Part shown: positions 21,123 through 32,411 of the stretch, piece by piece | How positions within the stretch are numbered: position 1 is the first letter of the stretch | Layout of the letters: the number at the start of each line of letters is the position of its first letter | DNA from: Nitrosopumilus sp. | GTDB taxonomy: Archaea > Thermoproteota > Nitrososphaeria > Nitrososphaerales > Nitrosopumilaceae | Length of the DNA: 64,000 nucleotides | Direction of reading: 5' to 3' | NCBI GenBank assembly: GCA_965203315.1 | Contig: OZ241857.1 | Coordinates: 640,001-704,000 of the forward strand | Translations under genes and position numbers: made by a program | Notes under the pieces: model-generated | What the model was told of the DNA's origin: nothing | Databases searched by the model: none | Seen by the model: only the letters and a program-made list of their open reading frames with translations

Positions 21123-22579
21123 GCTCTGTTCAATGAATAGGCACAAAACCGCAAAATTTCTCATTAGTTGATACTCAACTGCGTCAAATTCGAAGATGAT
21201 TAGAGATTATGAAATTAAATTGCATGTTAGTTTGCTTTTAATTATGATTTCATTTTTTGTGATGTAATTTAAAATTAAATGAAAAGATCTATATAGGGTA
21301 TCTATTTTCTACAAGATATTGAAACGTAAAACAAGTCAACATTCAAAGTTTTAAAAGATAAAAAAGTTCAAAATAAAGAAAGAAATAAAATAAGAAGAAT
21401 AGCAAAGCAACTTAGTAATGGTTCAACGGTCAGATATGTTTTGTTATTATTTGAATTTGGAGTAATCGATATTGAGGAACTTGCAGAACTGTTTAGTAAA
21501 GAATTAAAAAAGATGAACGCAAAGAAACGTGGCGGTCAATACGCCTATTCGGAATCTTTTTTGAGATGTGCTGCAATGATAAGAGCTAAGCGAGGATTAT
21601 CGTATAGAGAATTAGAAGACGAATTAAAACGATTTTTTCCTGATTTCGATATACCAGCTTATACTACATTATTTACTAGAATAAATGACAAGGAGGTAGA
21701 CATTTTAAATGATATCGTAGTTGCAGATCATTTTAAAGAAGTCATTCTTTCCCTGGATGCCTCTGGATTTACACAACACGCAGGCGGTAGATGGATCGAG
21801 TTTAGGTTCGAGAAAGAAAAGGACAAAGTAAAGAAGAAAGGATTTGTTAAATTACACCCAATCATAGACGTAAAAACAAAGGCAATACTAGGATGTACCA
21901 TTACAACCGATTCTGAAGCAGATTCATCTCAATTTATTGAACTCGTTGAATTTGCGCTTGGTATGCTCCAAAAATGTTGTAATATTAATGACATAGAGAT
22001 TAAAATTCTAGCTGATAAAGGCTACGACACAGTTGAAATCTTTGAGTACTGTAAAAAGCGTGGGATTAAACCAATAATTCCAATAAGATACACTGCTAAA
22101 ACATATCTTGAAACTGTTAGAAGTAAAACCGCTCAGATTCAGTTAACTTTTGGCTCAAAATGCAAAGATGTGACAAAGATCACAAAAGAAGATAGATTAA
22201 AAAATCAAGCAAGATGGGGAAGAAAAAACGGTTATGGTGAGCGCTCTGCATCGGAAGGTGTATTTTCTACAATGAAGCGTCTGTTTGGTGAAGGTTTAAA
22301 ATCGATATTGTGGGAACACATGGTTCAAGAATTGTTATTTAGGGTTGCCGCACATAACTTGAGAATAATTAAAAAACAAATACTTGCAAACCTTTGATTT
22401 TTTTAATGATTTCTAACTTTTGATTGTCAGAATCTTGTTCATTTTGTAGTAAAAAACAACATTTCAGTACAACAAGCTTTAATTTTAAAGTGAAATTGAT
22501 TCCAAATTGCACATCGGATGTGTTTTCATCTAAACCACCACTAAACCATCATATTGCAAAAATATTCATTGAACAGAGC
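21123..22579 (+). mobile_element. IS5-family (IS903-like) insertion sequence
   Basis: 17-bp TIR GCTCTGTTCAATGAATA; no TSD seen. Confidence 0.85.
21441..22397 (+). CDS. IS5-family transposase
   Basis: LDASG, LADKGYD, YGERSASEGVFSTMKR. Confidence 0.9.
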   Translation: MLLFEFGVIDIEELAELFSKELKKMNAKKRGGQYAYSESFLRCAAMIRAKRGLSYRELEDELKRFFPDFDIPAYTTLFTRINDKEVDILNDIVVADHFKEVILSLDASGFTQHAGGRWIEFRFEKEKDKVKKKGFVKLHPIIDVKTKAILGCTITTDSEADSSQFIELVEFALGMLQKCCNINDIEIKILADKGYDTVEIFEYCKKRGIKPIIPIRYTAKTYLETVRSKTAQIQLTFGSKCKDVTKITKEDRLKNQARWGRKNGYGERSASEGVFSTMKRLFGEGLKSILWEHMVQELLFRVAAHNLRIIKKQILANL

Positions 22580-22924
22580 TAAACAGATGGTAATAGAGAC
22601 ACAATCTGTTTTGCACTGGAAATGAAGGTGTGGGGGCAAGAGATATTGGAACATGTAGTGTGTAAACATGGACACCGAATGCACAAACTAGATGAGAAAA
22701 AGGTACGATACATCATTCGAGAAAAACGTAAAGGCACCAAAGCGACTATTTCAAAAATATTTTACAACCAATATGTAAAAAATCTTAATTACAAAAACAC
22801 ATGTGCGATTTTTATTCGATGAAATAACACATGATATCGAAAAACAATGTCGTTATGAAATTTTAACACTCAACTCGCTGATTAAAAACACCAAAAACAA
22901 CTTCATCCCACGTTAAGTTAAAAG

Positions 22925-23044
22925 AACCTCGAGTTATCATCATTCCAGAAATAATTGTACTGTTCGATTTTTTCATACCTCCGTATACTTTAAAATTGTC
23001 TTGGAGTCATCCATTAAAACGCTCTTCTATGTTGTTGTTTGATC
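22925..23044 (-). pseudogene. IS6-family transposase fragment
   Basis: Near copy of 46993-47110 (NNNIEERFNG..), cut by a MITE. Confidence 0.75.
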
Positions 23045-23045
23045 A

Positions 23046-23184
23046 GACTGTATGCGTATTTCTTACATCATACTCACCTTTTAGGGTACAATAAAACACA
23101 TGTGTAATTTCTAGAGGCAAATTGATCCACGGTTGTCATGTTTGATGATTGGGCGTCAGCACTCTTAATAACATGTATACAGTC
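23046..23184. mobile_element. MITE family A copy 1 (~138 bp)
   Basis: TIR GACTGTATGCG (right end degenerate), conserved core. Confidence 0.9.
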
Positions 23185-23185
23185 T

Positions 23186-23555
23186 TGATGAGTACATAGA
23201 GAAACTAGAAGCCAAGAAAGACAAACTAAAAGAAAAGAAAGACAACTGGAAAGATAGATTACAAGAATTCAAAGAGAATCTAAGAGTAGCCTTTGAAACA
23301 GATACCAAGACTAAAGAACATTTGATCCAATTAGCTAAATCATGTAAAGATGCCACTACTGGACTATCTGATCTGCAGTCTAGATTCAATACTCTAGAAA
23401 CTGAGCATGCAACTCTAAAATCTCAATATACAACTCTACAAACCAACTCCACTCAAACTCAATCTAAACTATCTGAAGCGTTGTTCACAATAGAGAAACT
23501 AACAACTGAACTGAATGAAGCCAAGAAACAGATTGAGGAGTTAGAAAGTCCATGA
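23186..23555 (+). pseudogene. 3' remnant of a coiled-coil protein paralogous to 3378..4358
   Basis: IEKLEAKKDKLKEKKDNWK..AKKQIEELESP vs IEKLDEARENKIKLKDHWK..AKDKIQELEPQ; 5' part lost at the MITE. Confidence 0.65.
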
Positions 23556-23574
23556 GTTATGACTTTACAAGTAG

Positions 23575-24351
23575 CTAGATTGGCTTTCTCACTTCACGTG
23601 TGAATGCATATGCAGAGATCGAGACCATTACCAGAGCAAAGATACCAATTATGCCTATACTGAACGCGACAGAGATGCCGGCTTCGGTCACACCAGTCAT
23701 CAGTCCACGAACCATCAAGACTGCATATGTTACAGGGTTGAATTGTGCTGCAGTTGCAAGCCATTCAGGTAACAAGTCCAAAGGAAAGAGAGCAGGACTC
23801 AGAATAAAGAGAGGCATGCTCAAAAAGTTTACCAGTGCTCCAAATGTCTCATGTGACTTTGCAATGGTAGCTATTAAGACGGATATTCCAGAGAATCCAA
23901 ACGAAAATAGAACGACTGTAGCCATCACAGGAATAATCATCAACAAATTCGGAAACGTGGCGCCTATAGCTATAGCAATGCCCAAGACAACACTAGATTG
24001 AAGTGTCGCAATAAGAGATATCGCACTAATCTTACCAAGTGCTATAGATAGACGAGATGCAGGTGAGATTAATGCACGATTTATGAAGCCGTATCGCCTA
24101 TCCCATAATGTTCCAAAACCACCATATATGCTTGTAAAGATGGCAGTGAGAATTATGATGCCAGGTGTCATAAACTCGATATACTTTCCTTCAAAACCCA
24201 CTGCAGCTATTAGAGACTCGGTTCCAGCAAATGTATTGCCGACCACAATTATCCATATTGCTGGCTGGATCAGTCTGATGATCATGCCGCTACGTGATTT
24301 TTTGTACCGTTTGAACTCACGCCAGAGGATCATATATGTATCATTTATCAT
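23575..24351 (-). CDS. ABC-2 type transporter permease
   Basis: Multiple TM segments, FNPVTYAV motif. Confidence 0.9.
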   Translation of the reverse strand: MINDTYMILWREFKRYKKSRSGMIIRLIQPAIWIIVVGNTFAGTESLIAAVGFEGKYIEFMTPGIIILTAIFTSIYGGFGTLWDRRYGFINRALISPASRLSIALGKISAISLIATLQSSVVLGIAIAIGATFPNLLMIIPVMATVVLFSFGFSGISVLIATIAKSHETFGALVNFLSMPLFILSPALFPLDLLPEWLATAAQFNPVTYAVLMVRGLMTGVTEAGISVAFSIGIIGIFALVMVSISAYAFTREVRKPI

Positions 24352-25412
24352 CTCTTGAGCTCCTCTCTTTTGACACCTTTGTCATAAAACTGTCCAAATC
24401 CCCAACGTCGTGTATTCAAAAATCCTTTCAGTTTAGAACTCGTACTCTTGTTTCGTTTAGTTTCATCACGTATCTCGCGTCCAGTATACGAGATAAATAC
24501 ATCATCCAAGGTTGGTTTGGTAAGTGAGATCGAATCAACCTTTGTATGGTTATTTGCAGCTAGTCGAAATACCTCTGGAATGATCGTCGCACCGTTTGAG
24601 ACAAAGATGGTTAGATTTTCACCGCTGTTTGTTACACGAGATACATCTGGCAGAGATTCTATAGCGTGGACGAGTGATGCAATGTTGTCAGAGTTGCCCA
24701 ACACGACAGATATAATCTCGTTACCTAGAGCGTTCTTCATGTTTGTCGGAGTGTCAATCACTTGAATTTTACCATAGTCGATTATTCCGATGTGATCACA
24801 TAGTTGATCAGCCTCCTCCATATAATGAGTGGTGAGAAATATCGTCATCTTGAACTCATCATGAAGGCGCTGTATATACTCCCAGATCTTTCTTCTAGTC
24901 TGGATATCAAGGCCAACGGTAGGCTCATCTAGGAATAGAATCTTGGGACGGTGCAATAAACCACATGCGATATCTAGTCGCTTTCGCATCCCGCCAGAGT
25001 ACTTTACAACATAGTCGTTCTGTTTATCTCCAAGCTCGATCATGTCGATCAGATTATCGACTCGTGACTCGACATCGCTCTTTGGAACATGGCTCAGGTT
25101 TGCTTGAAAGATCAGGTTCTCTCTGCCAGTGAGGTGATAGTCCACAGTAGAGTCTTGCTGTACATAGCCAATATTTGCTCGAACTTGCTTTGCGTTGCTC
25201 TGTACATCGAATCCAGCAACCTTTACACTACCCAAAGTTGGTTTGAGTAGAGTCGTAAGGATCATAATCGTTGTGCTTTTGCCTGCACCGTTTGGTCCAA
25301 GAAATCCAAAGATCTCACCATCGTCAACTGTAAATGATATGTCTTTTACTGCAACAAGATCGTCAAACGATTTTGTTAGATTGCGAGCTTCTATAGCATA
25401 CATGATCTTCAA
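24348..25412 (-). CDS. ABC transporter ATP-binding protein (DrrA-like)
   Basis: GPNGAGKS, YSGGM, FLDEP, TTH. Confidence 0.95.
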   Translation of the reverse strand: MKIMYAIEARNLTKSFDDLVAVKDISFTVDDGEIFGFLGPNGAGKSTTIMILTTLLKPTLGSVKVAGFDVQSNAKQVRANIGYVQQDSTVDYHLTGRENLIFQANLSHVPKSDVESRVDNLIDMIELGDKQNDYVVKYSGGMRKRLDIACGLLHRPKILFLDEPTVGLDIQTRRKIWEYIQRLHDEFKMTIFLTTHYMEEADQLCDHIGIIDYGKIQVIDTPTNMKNALGNEIISVVLGNSDNIASLVHAIESLPDVSRVTNSGENLTIFVSNGATIIPEVFRLAANNHTKVDSISLTKPTLDDVFISYTGREIRDETKRNKSTSSKLKGFLNTRRWGFGQFYDKGVKREELKR

Positions 25413-25778
25413 ATTACATTGTAATTATAAATCCGTAATCACTTGCTAGTACAAGCAACAATCTCACGCATATGTTCATGGATGCGTCTGCCTTGTCACA
25501 TGTCAGCAACCTTCAAACAGTCATTATCCAACATGAATCGCCTGGCTCGTTCAGATGTGAAAGTTTGTGCTCTTGTCTGAGTCAAAAATAGATACCGATA
25601 GTTCTTTTTAGTGGTTGTCCATACTCTACGATATGAATAACAAGATGTTTTTAGATTCCTCCTATCCACAATCGAGAGATCATTAAAGCACATAAGGGGC
25701 ATGATTCCGAATCAGAATATGTCAAATAGCAAGATTCAAATGGGAGAAAAACTAGCCCCCCATCGGATGATACGGATT

Positions 25779-25990
25779 ACTCAACTCTCAAACTCAACTC
25801 TCAAACTCAACTCTCAAACTCAACTCTCAAACTCAACTCTCAAACTCAACTCTCAAACTCAACTCTCAAACTCAACTCTCAAACTCAACTCTCAAACTCA
25901 ACTCTCAAACTCAACTCTCAAACTCAACTCTCAAACTCAACTCTCAAACTCAACTCTCAAACTCAACTCTCAAACTCAACTCTCAAACTC
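25779..25990. repeat. VNTR, 13-bp unit ACTCAACTCTCAA x~16
   Basis: Perfect tandem array ending about 70 bp upstream of mod. Confidence 0.97.
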
Positions 25991-26058
25991 TTAGAGCAAA
26001 CCTCCGGTTGGCGGAGGATTATTCGACAGGTGGTGGTAAAATTAGAGGTGAACTCTAA

Positions 26059-28572
26059 TTGGTACGTAAAAAGACTACTAAAAAAATACCATCTAAGAAA
26101 GAAGTCAAAGGATATGTACATTCTCAAACCAAAAGAACAAACAATCCGCCGGTTGGGCTTGCCAAACAAGAACAACACTCACAAGAACAACAAAAATACT
26201 CTTTTGATCCTAGGCTTGATCCTCAGCTGTACTGGTCAGGTAAACAAGAAAATACATCATTTGAAATAGATACTGTATCCATACACGTACATGAACGAAT
26301 TGATCCGAGTACAATACTAGAGAAAGTAAAACGAACAAGCTCGTCAAAGACGATGACAGAATTCTTTGACACGGATGAGAACAATCCTCCACTATACAAA
26401 GCGCTAGATTTCTACGAGCATGAACAGGGGTGGTCCAACAGAATGATTGCTGGAGATTCTTTACTGGTTATGAATTCTTTACTGATCAAAGAGAATATGA
26501 GAAACAAAGTGCAGATGATTTACTTTGATCCTCCATATGGAATCAAGTATGGTTCTAATTTTCAACCATTTGTAAATCAACACAGTGTACAAGATGGTAA
26601 AGATGAATATTTGACTTCTGAGCCAGAGATGATCAAGGCATTTCGAGATACGTGGGAATTAGGTATTCATTCATACCTAACACACATTAGAGAGCGTTGT
26701 TTATTCGCTAGAGAATTATTAACAGAGTCAGGATCAATGTTTATTCAAATCTCTGATGAAAACATACATCTAGTAAGAACAATAATGGATGAGATATTTG
26801 GACCAAAAAATTTCATAAGTTTAATTACATGGCGTCGTAAAACAAATTCAATGGGCGCAAAATTAATGGCGTCTGTCTCTAATTATATTATTTGGTATGC
26901 AAAAGATAAAGAAAAAATTAAATATCATAAATTGTTTGAAGAACGTGATCCAGAATTAGGCGGCGTGTGGAGTTGGGCAGAGTTACCTGACGGTACTAGA
27001 AGAAAATTAACAAAACAAGAAATAGAAAAACCAAAATCAATACCCCATACTAGTAAAATATTCAGATTATATGATTTAGCACCATCATCATTTAGTGGAC
27101 AGTATACATTCAATGTTATGTACAAAGGCAAAGAATATGGGCCACCATATAGAAGTGGTGGACGAAGTTGGAAGCATAATAAAGAAGGTATTAAAAAACT
27201 AATAGAAAAAAATAGAGTAGAACCGTCTAAGAATACATTAAATTTTATTGCTTATTGGGACGATTTTCCTTATAATACACTAGACAATCAATGGGATAAA
27301 CAGTTAATTTCAACCAACAAAAAATATGTAGTTGAAACATCACCAAAAGGGATTATGCAATGTATGTTAATGTGCACAGATCCAGGTGATCTTGTATTAG
27401 ATATTACGTGTGGCTCAGGGACTACCGCATATGTAGCAGAAAAATACGGAAGACGGTGGATCACATGTGATACGTCACGAGTAGCATTAAACCTAGCACA
27501 GAGGCGCTTAATGACATCTGTCTATGATTATTATGAGTTAGTGAATTCAAAAGAAGGAGTATGTGGAGGATTCAAATACAATACAGTAACAAATATTACG
27601 CCGGGATCACTAGCAAATGATGAGCCACCTAAGCAAGAAACCTTATACGACAAACCCCACATCGACAGATCAAAGCATCGCATATCTGGCCCCTTTACGG
27701 TAGAAGCAATACCTTCCCCCGTAGGAAAATCAATCGACGTGTTGCATGAAGAGTTTGAAAATATGTCTGATCATATATCATATCAGAAAGAATGGCGAGA
27801 CGAACTATTACACACAGGTATTCGTACCAGAAACAACAAGAGATTAGAATTTACAGATATCAGTACTAGCAAAGAGACCAAATGGATACATGCAGTAGCA
27901 AATACTAGAGAGGATAATCCACAAGTATCTGTTGTATCGTTTGGTCCACCTCACGGACCATTAACCACCGTACAAGTATCAAACGTACTAGACGAAGTTG
28001 AGCACATACGACCAAAGCCAACTATTGTGATATTTGCAGCCATGCAGTTTGATCCAGAAGCATCAAAGATAATCAAAGAGACCAAATGGAAAGGAGTAAC
28101 TATTCTCAAAGTAGATATGAACAAAGATTTGTTGGTATCAGACCTCAAAAAGAAACAAAGAGATAGCGAGTCATTTTGGGAAGTGGGACGACCCGACTGT
28201 ACACTAATAAAAAATAATGGCAAATACATTGTCAAAGTAAACGGGTTTGATTATTACGATACTAGTACAAACAAGATTGTATCAGGAGATACATCTAAAA
28301 TATCCATGTGGATGCTAGATACAGATTACAATGGCCTCAGTCTATATCCAGAACAAGTATTCTTTACAAAAACTGTAGGTAATCAAAACAACGAGATGAA
28401 GAAACTAGCCAAGACATTAAACCGAAGTGATGATATCATAGACGAGTCGTTGATAGAACAATACACAGGCACAGAATCTCTACCATTTGTGCCTGGAGAA
28501 CACAAACGTATAGCAATTAAGATCATCGACGATAGGGGAATATCCACACTAGATACCATAGATGTAGAATGA
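26059..28572 (+). CDS. Type III R-M methyltransferase (Mod)
   Basis: DPPY, LDITCGSGTT; overlaps res. Confidence 0.9.
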   Translation: MVRKKTTKKIPSKKEVKGYVHSQTKRTNNPPVGLAKQEQHSQEQQKYSFDPRLDPQLYWSGKQENTSFEIDTVSIHVHERIDPSTILEKVKRTSSSKTMTEFFDTDENNPPLYKALDFYEHEQGWSNRMIAGDSLLVMNSLLIKENMRNKVQMIYFDPPYGIKYGSNFQPFVNQHSVQDGKDEYLTSEPEMIKAFRDTWELGIHSYLTHIRERCLFARELLTESGSMFIQISDENIHLVRTIMDEIFGPKNFISLITWRRKTNSMGAKLMASVSNYIIWYAKDKEKIKYHKLFEERDPELGGVWSWAELPDGTRRKLTKQEIEKPKSIPHTSKIFRLYDLAPSSFSGQYTFNVMYKGKEYGPPYRSGGRSWKHNKEGIKKLIEKNRVEPSKNTLNFIAYWDDFPYNTLDNQWDKQLISTNKKYVVETSPKGIMQCMLMCTDPGDLVLDITCGSGTTAYVAEKYGRRWITCDTSRVALNLAQRRLMTSVYDYYELVNSKEGVCGGFKYNTVTNITPGSLANDEPPKQETLYDKPHIDRSKHRISGPFTVEAIPSPVGKSIDVLHEEFENMSDHISYQKEWRDELLHTGIRTRNNKRLEFTDISTSKETKWIHAVANTREDNPQVSVVSFGPPHGPLTTVQVSNVLDEVEHIRPKPTIVIFAAMQFDPEASKIIKETKWKGVTILKVDMNKDLLVSDLKKKQRDSESFWEVGRPDCTLIKNNGKYIVKVNGFDYYDTSTNKIVSGDTSKISMWMLDTDYNGLSLYPEQVFFTKTVGNQNNEMKKLAKTLNRSDDIIDESLIEQYTGTESLPFVPGEHKRIAIKIIDDRGISTLDTIDVE

Positions 28573-31295
28573 CGGGCATAAAAAACCTAATAATCTGTGA
28601 TCCATACAAGAAACCGTCGCACTATTGGCAATATAATGATACAAAGAATGAATGGTCCAAGATACCAGGTAGAAGACCGTTCGAGTACATGCCAGGCAAA
28701 GCCACCACACTTGACGATCATACAGAGGTACAAGAAAACCTCGTAAACAAGATTCGTAATCTAGTAGATTTATGGCGTGATGCCGGATATCCATACATTA
28801 CAGGCATAACTCGAGAGTTGTTAAACCATTGGAATGATAACTCTTTTCGAGTTTATCCATACTTTTTCTGCCAACTAGAAGCCATAGAGACTCTGATATG
28901 GCTGATAGAGACGCCTGATACTGAAAAAGAAGATATTGTTATTCCGTCAGATGGAGGATTATTTGAACGATTATGTTCCAAGATGGCCACCGGCACAGGC
29001 AAAACTGTAGTTATGGCCATGTTGATTGCTTGGCAAGTAACAAACAAGGTAGCATATCCTAGAGATGCTAGGTTTTCTAAAGATGTGTTGGTAATGGCGC
29101 CAGGCATAACAGTAAAGTCTCGACTAGAGGTACTAGTGCCATCTAGTGACGATAATTATTACGATACATTCGATATTGTGCCGGATTCATTGCATGATAT
29201 GCTACAACATGGCAATATTACAATACACAATTGGCACAAACTCCAACCAGAAGAAGACAAATCAAAGAGTGTTGTGAAACTGGGTACAGAAAGCAATGAG
29301 ATGTTATCTAGACGAATTTTAAAACACAACAACAAAGATATCATAGTAATAAATGACGAAGCACATCACGCATATAGAAAATCAGATAGTTCGGTAGATA
29401 AGTTTGAACGGGAACGAAACACGATTTGGATAGATGGGTTAGATAGAATCCACAATGCACGAAATATAATAAAATGTTTTGATTTTTCTGCCACTCCATT
29501 CATACCAACTGGAAAGAATATATCAGAAGAGATGATATTCAACTGGATTGTGTCAGATTTCTCGTTAAACGATGCAATCGAATCTGGTTTAACAAAGACA
29601 CCTGCCATATCAGTCAAAGATGACACTAGAGATACTTGGTCAAAGTTTTATCACATATACAAAGAGAGAGCTATACAGGATAATCTCAAATCGTCAACAA
29701 AACTTGACGTACCGTTGCCAGAACTAGTTATAGTTGCGTATACGATGCTAGGTGAGCATTATACAAAAATAAAGAAGAGTTGGCTAAAAAGCAATATACC
29801 GCCAGTAATGATCTCAGTATGTAACAATACAAACACAGCAAAACGAATTCTACACGCTTTTGATACTGATCGGTTTAAACTTGATGAGCTATCTGATCCA
29901 AAGTACATGTTGCATATAGATTCCAAGAGTTTACAACACGCAGAGTCAAAAGATACTATCAACGCCAATCAAGACGAAGACCTCCGAATCAAAGTAAACA
30001 CAGTAGGCAAGGATGGCAAACCTGGCGAACAGATCAGAAATGTAATAGCTGTCAACATGTTATCTGAAGGATGGGATGCACATAATGTAACGCACATCAT
30101 GGGTTTGAGAGCATTCTCTAGTCAATTATTATGTGAACAAGTAATAGGCAGAGGCTTGAGGCGAATGTCTTATGACATAGATCCCCAAACTGGACTATTT
30201 CGTCCAGAATATGTGTATGTTATGGGAGTACCATTTACATTCATACCGCACGAGATACAAGAACAGAGTGAACAAAAAAATCAAAAGCCGCCAGTAAAAG
30301 TATTTCCAGATAAGACAAAGAAACAGTACGAGATATCATGGCCAAACATAGAAAGAATAAATTCAATATACTCAAAGAGACTCAAAGTAAATTGGAACAA
30401 GATTAAACCACTTGAACTGACCAGTGAAAATACCATCATATCTATGAAACTAGCTTGTATTACTGACGGTAAACCTCATCTAGACCAATTAGAAGAATCC
30501 AAACTAGAAGAAATAGCCAAAGAGATAAGAGAACAGACAATAATATTTACTACAGCAAAGAGTGTGTTTGAGAACATAGAATCTGAAAATAAAAAAGGCA
30601 AAGAGATTGATTGGTTTGACACTCGTAACAACATGTATCTATTTGTACAAGTAGTAAAGCTAGTTGAAGAGTTTATTGCTCGTAAAAAAATATACGTGCC
30701 AGACATACTAGAAGATAATCTTCGGAAAAAGATGACAATATGGTTCAATATGGAAAAAATAGTAACGTATGTGTGTAATGCAATAAAAAATGACGACAGA
30801 ACCACAACACATGTTATTTTAAATCCACTAAAACCCACAAGATCGACAAGTGACATGCGTGTACTACCTACCATTAAAAGTACTGTGCCAACAAAGAAAT
30901 CACATCTAAACTATGCAATATGTGATTCCGGGTGGGAAGAAATAGTAAGTAAGGAGCTCGACAGAAATACAAAGATTGTATCATGGTTTAAAAATTATCA
31001 TAGTGGTTTGTTGATATCATACATGGACAAAGATGGAATACACAGATACATTCCAGATTTTATAATCAAACTAAAAAACAACATAAACTTGATACTAGAA
31101 GTAAAGGGTCAAGAGAAAGAGAAAGACGTACAAAAAGAAAAGGGCCTAGCAAACTGGATCAAGGCTGTAAACGACAACGGCAAATACGGCATATGGAAAC
31201 ACGACACGTTATTTGATCCACCAAAGATTACCAACATGATTGAAAAGTACAGTCAGATTCATTCCAGTAAACAATCACTACCAGAATCTGCATAA
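28569..31295 (+). CDS. Type III R-M restriction subunit (Res)
   Basis: MATGTGKT, DEAHH, SAT, EGWD, QVIGRGLR, C-terminal PDF..LEVKG nuclease. Confidence 0.9.
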   Translation: MTGIKNLIICDPYKKPSHYWQYNDTKNEWSKIPGRRPFEYMPGKATTLDDHTEVQENLVNKIRNLVDLWRDAGYPYITGITRELLNHWNDNSFRVYPYFFCQLEAIETLIWLIETPDTEKEDIVIPSDGGLFERLCSKMATGTGKTVVMAMLIAWQVTNKVAYPRDARFSKDVLVMAPGITVKSRLEVLVPSSDDNYYDTFDIVPDSLHDMLQHGNITIHNWHKLQPEEDKSKSVVKLGTESNEMLSRRILKHNNKDIIVINDEAHHAYRKSDSSVDKFERERNTIWIDGLDRIHNARNIIKCFDFSATPFIPTGKNISEEMIFNWIVSDFSLNDAIESGLTKTPAISVKDDTRDTWSKFYHIYKERAIQDNLKSSTKLDVPLPELVIVAYTMLGEHYTKIKKSWLKSNIPPVMISVCNNTNTAKRILHAFDTDRFKLDELSDPKYMLHIDSKSLQHAESKDTINANQDEDLRIKVNTVGKDGKPGEQIRNVIAVNMLSEGWDAHNVTHIMGLRAFSSQLLCEQVIGRGLRRMSYDIDPQTGLFRPEYVYVMGVPFTFIPHEIQEQSEQKNQKPPVKVFPDKTKKQYEISWPNIERINSIYSKRLKVNWNKIKPLELTSENTIISMKLACITDGKPHLDQLEESKLEEIAKEIREQTIIFTTAKSVFENIESENKKGKEIDWFDTRNNMYLFVQVVKLVEEFIARKKIYVPDILEDNLRKKMTIWFNMEKIVTYVCNAIKNDDRTTTHVILNPLKPTRSTSDMRVLPTIKSTVPTKKSHLNYAICDSGWEEIVSKELDRNTKIVSWFKNYHSGLLISYMDKDGIHRYIPDFIIKLKNNINLILEVKGQEKEKDVQKEKGLANWIKAVNDNGKYGIWKHDTLFDPPKITNMIEKYSQIHSSKQSLPESA

Positions 31296-31470
31296 AACAG
31301 TCATCGTCATGTTTGTATGTAACTCGCCAATTGTTGTTATTTAGATCTTTGAGATTCCAATACGTCAGTTTTTTTCTTGGCTCTTCTTGAACAAGCATCT
31401 TGGGATCTTTTCGGTTTGTGTGGGATAGTATTTGACGAGGTTTTTTTCTGATTTCCCCGTAACCGTGCTA

Positions 31471-31681
31471 TACCAAAGTGCAAATGTATTTTCCAAATAG
31501 ATCGTATAATGGCATGCATGTACTTTTGAATACATTTTTACGAAAATCAAAGGGACATAATTTGGACGATTTTGCCCGTAGAAATAAGATATGCGCTGTC
31601 ATCATTACCGGATGATTGCACACATAAAAAGTACATATGCTTTTTTGTTGTCGTCTTGGAAAATACTTTTGCACTTTGGTA
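31471..31681. mobile_element. IS630-derived MITE (family B)
   Basis: Same TIR as the IS630 at 15281, with TA flanks. Confidence 0.9.
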
Positions 31682-31709
31682 TATCTTTTGTAGTGTCATG
31701 GCATGAATA

Positions 31710-32108
31710 CTATTCCCTCTTAAAAACAGTTGTGGTATTCTTTAGATCGTTTGGTTCAACTTCAGATACGCTACACCACATTATATGCATGTCCAAAGAT
31801 GCAAATTGATCATCTAATTTATCAAACCTGTCGAATATTGCGTTACTAGCAAAATCATAATCGTCGTGCTTATAAATCACAATCAATTTTATTACATCTC
31901 GATCAGAGTTGTTCTCATAACACACCTGCTTTATGAAATCAACATCAAATGCTTCAACAATCTTTGGTTTTATGTTATCAATGTCTTGTTGAGCAAGTCT
32001 ATTTACACTAGCTTGTAGTTGATCCAGACTAGTTTGTATCTGTTTGATACGGGTCAACATCTCATCCATATTTGGTTTTTCTACAGACTTTACTTGAATA
32101 CTAGCCAA
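31710..32108 (-). CDS. MNT-like putative antitoxin, paralog 1
   Basis: VDFIKQVCYE..IVIY motif shared with 42020 and 47965. Confidence 0.55.
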   Translation of the reverse strand: MASIQVKSVEKPNMDEMLTRIKQIQTSLDQLQASVNRLAQQDIDNIKPKIVEAFDVDFIKQVCYENNSDRDVIKLIVIYKHDDYDFASNAIFDRFDKLDDQFASLDMHIMWCSVSEVEPNDLKNTTTVFKRE

Positions 32109-32411
32109 TTTTCTTCACTCTGGTATTGTTGCATGATACATAATTGCTTTGCGTGATGGTGATTTTGGTTAAAAATGAGTGCGATTGGAGGCACGATATG
32201 GCCAAACCCGAATTCTGCCAGACGCTAATTCGAATCAGCGTACTAATCTAGACCAGAGGGTTTCGGTTTCGGATCTTTTCGGTTTACGTCGGATGATATT
32301 TGACGAGGTTTTTTTCTGATTTTCCCGTAACCGTGCTATACCACACAAATCGAATAGATCCTCATAAAATCTAGGATCGATAATAAAAAAAAAGGCATGA
32401 TTTGTATCGAG

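Noticed and set aside
22622-22822. Intact CDS
   Set aside because: A short segment (KLDEKKVRYIIREK) resembles a transposase N-terminus, but it is fused to unrelated IS debris
25460-25702. Functional gene
   Set aside because: At most a degraded transposase-like fragment; too weak to call
25779-25990. CRISPR array, or the repetitive ORF 25701..25994
   Set aside because: No spacers and no cas genes; the ORF is only a translation of the VNTR
32185-32265. tRNA or att site
   Set aside because: GC-richer patch with a small hairpin, but no convincing cloverleaf on either strand
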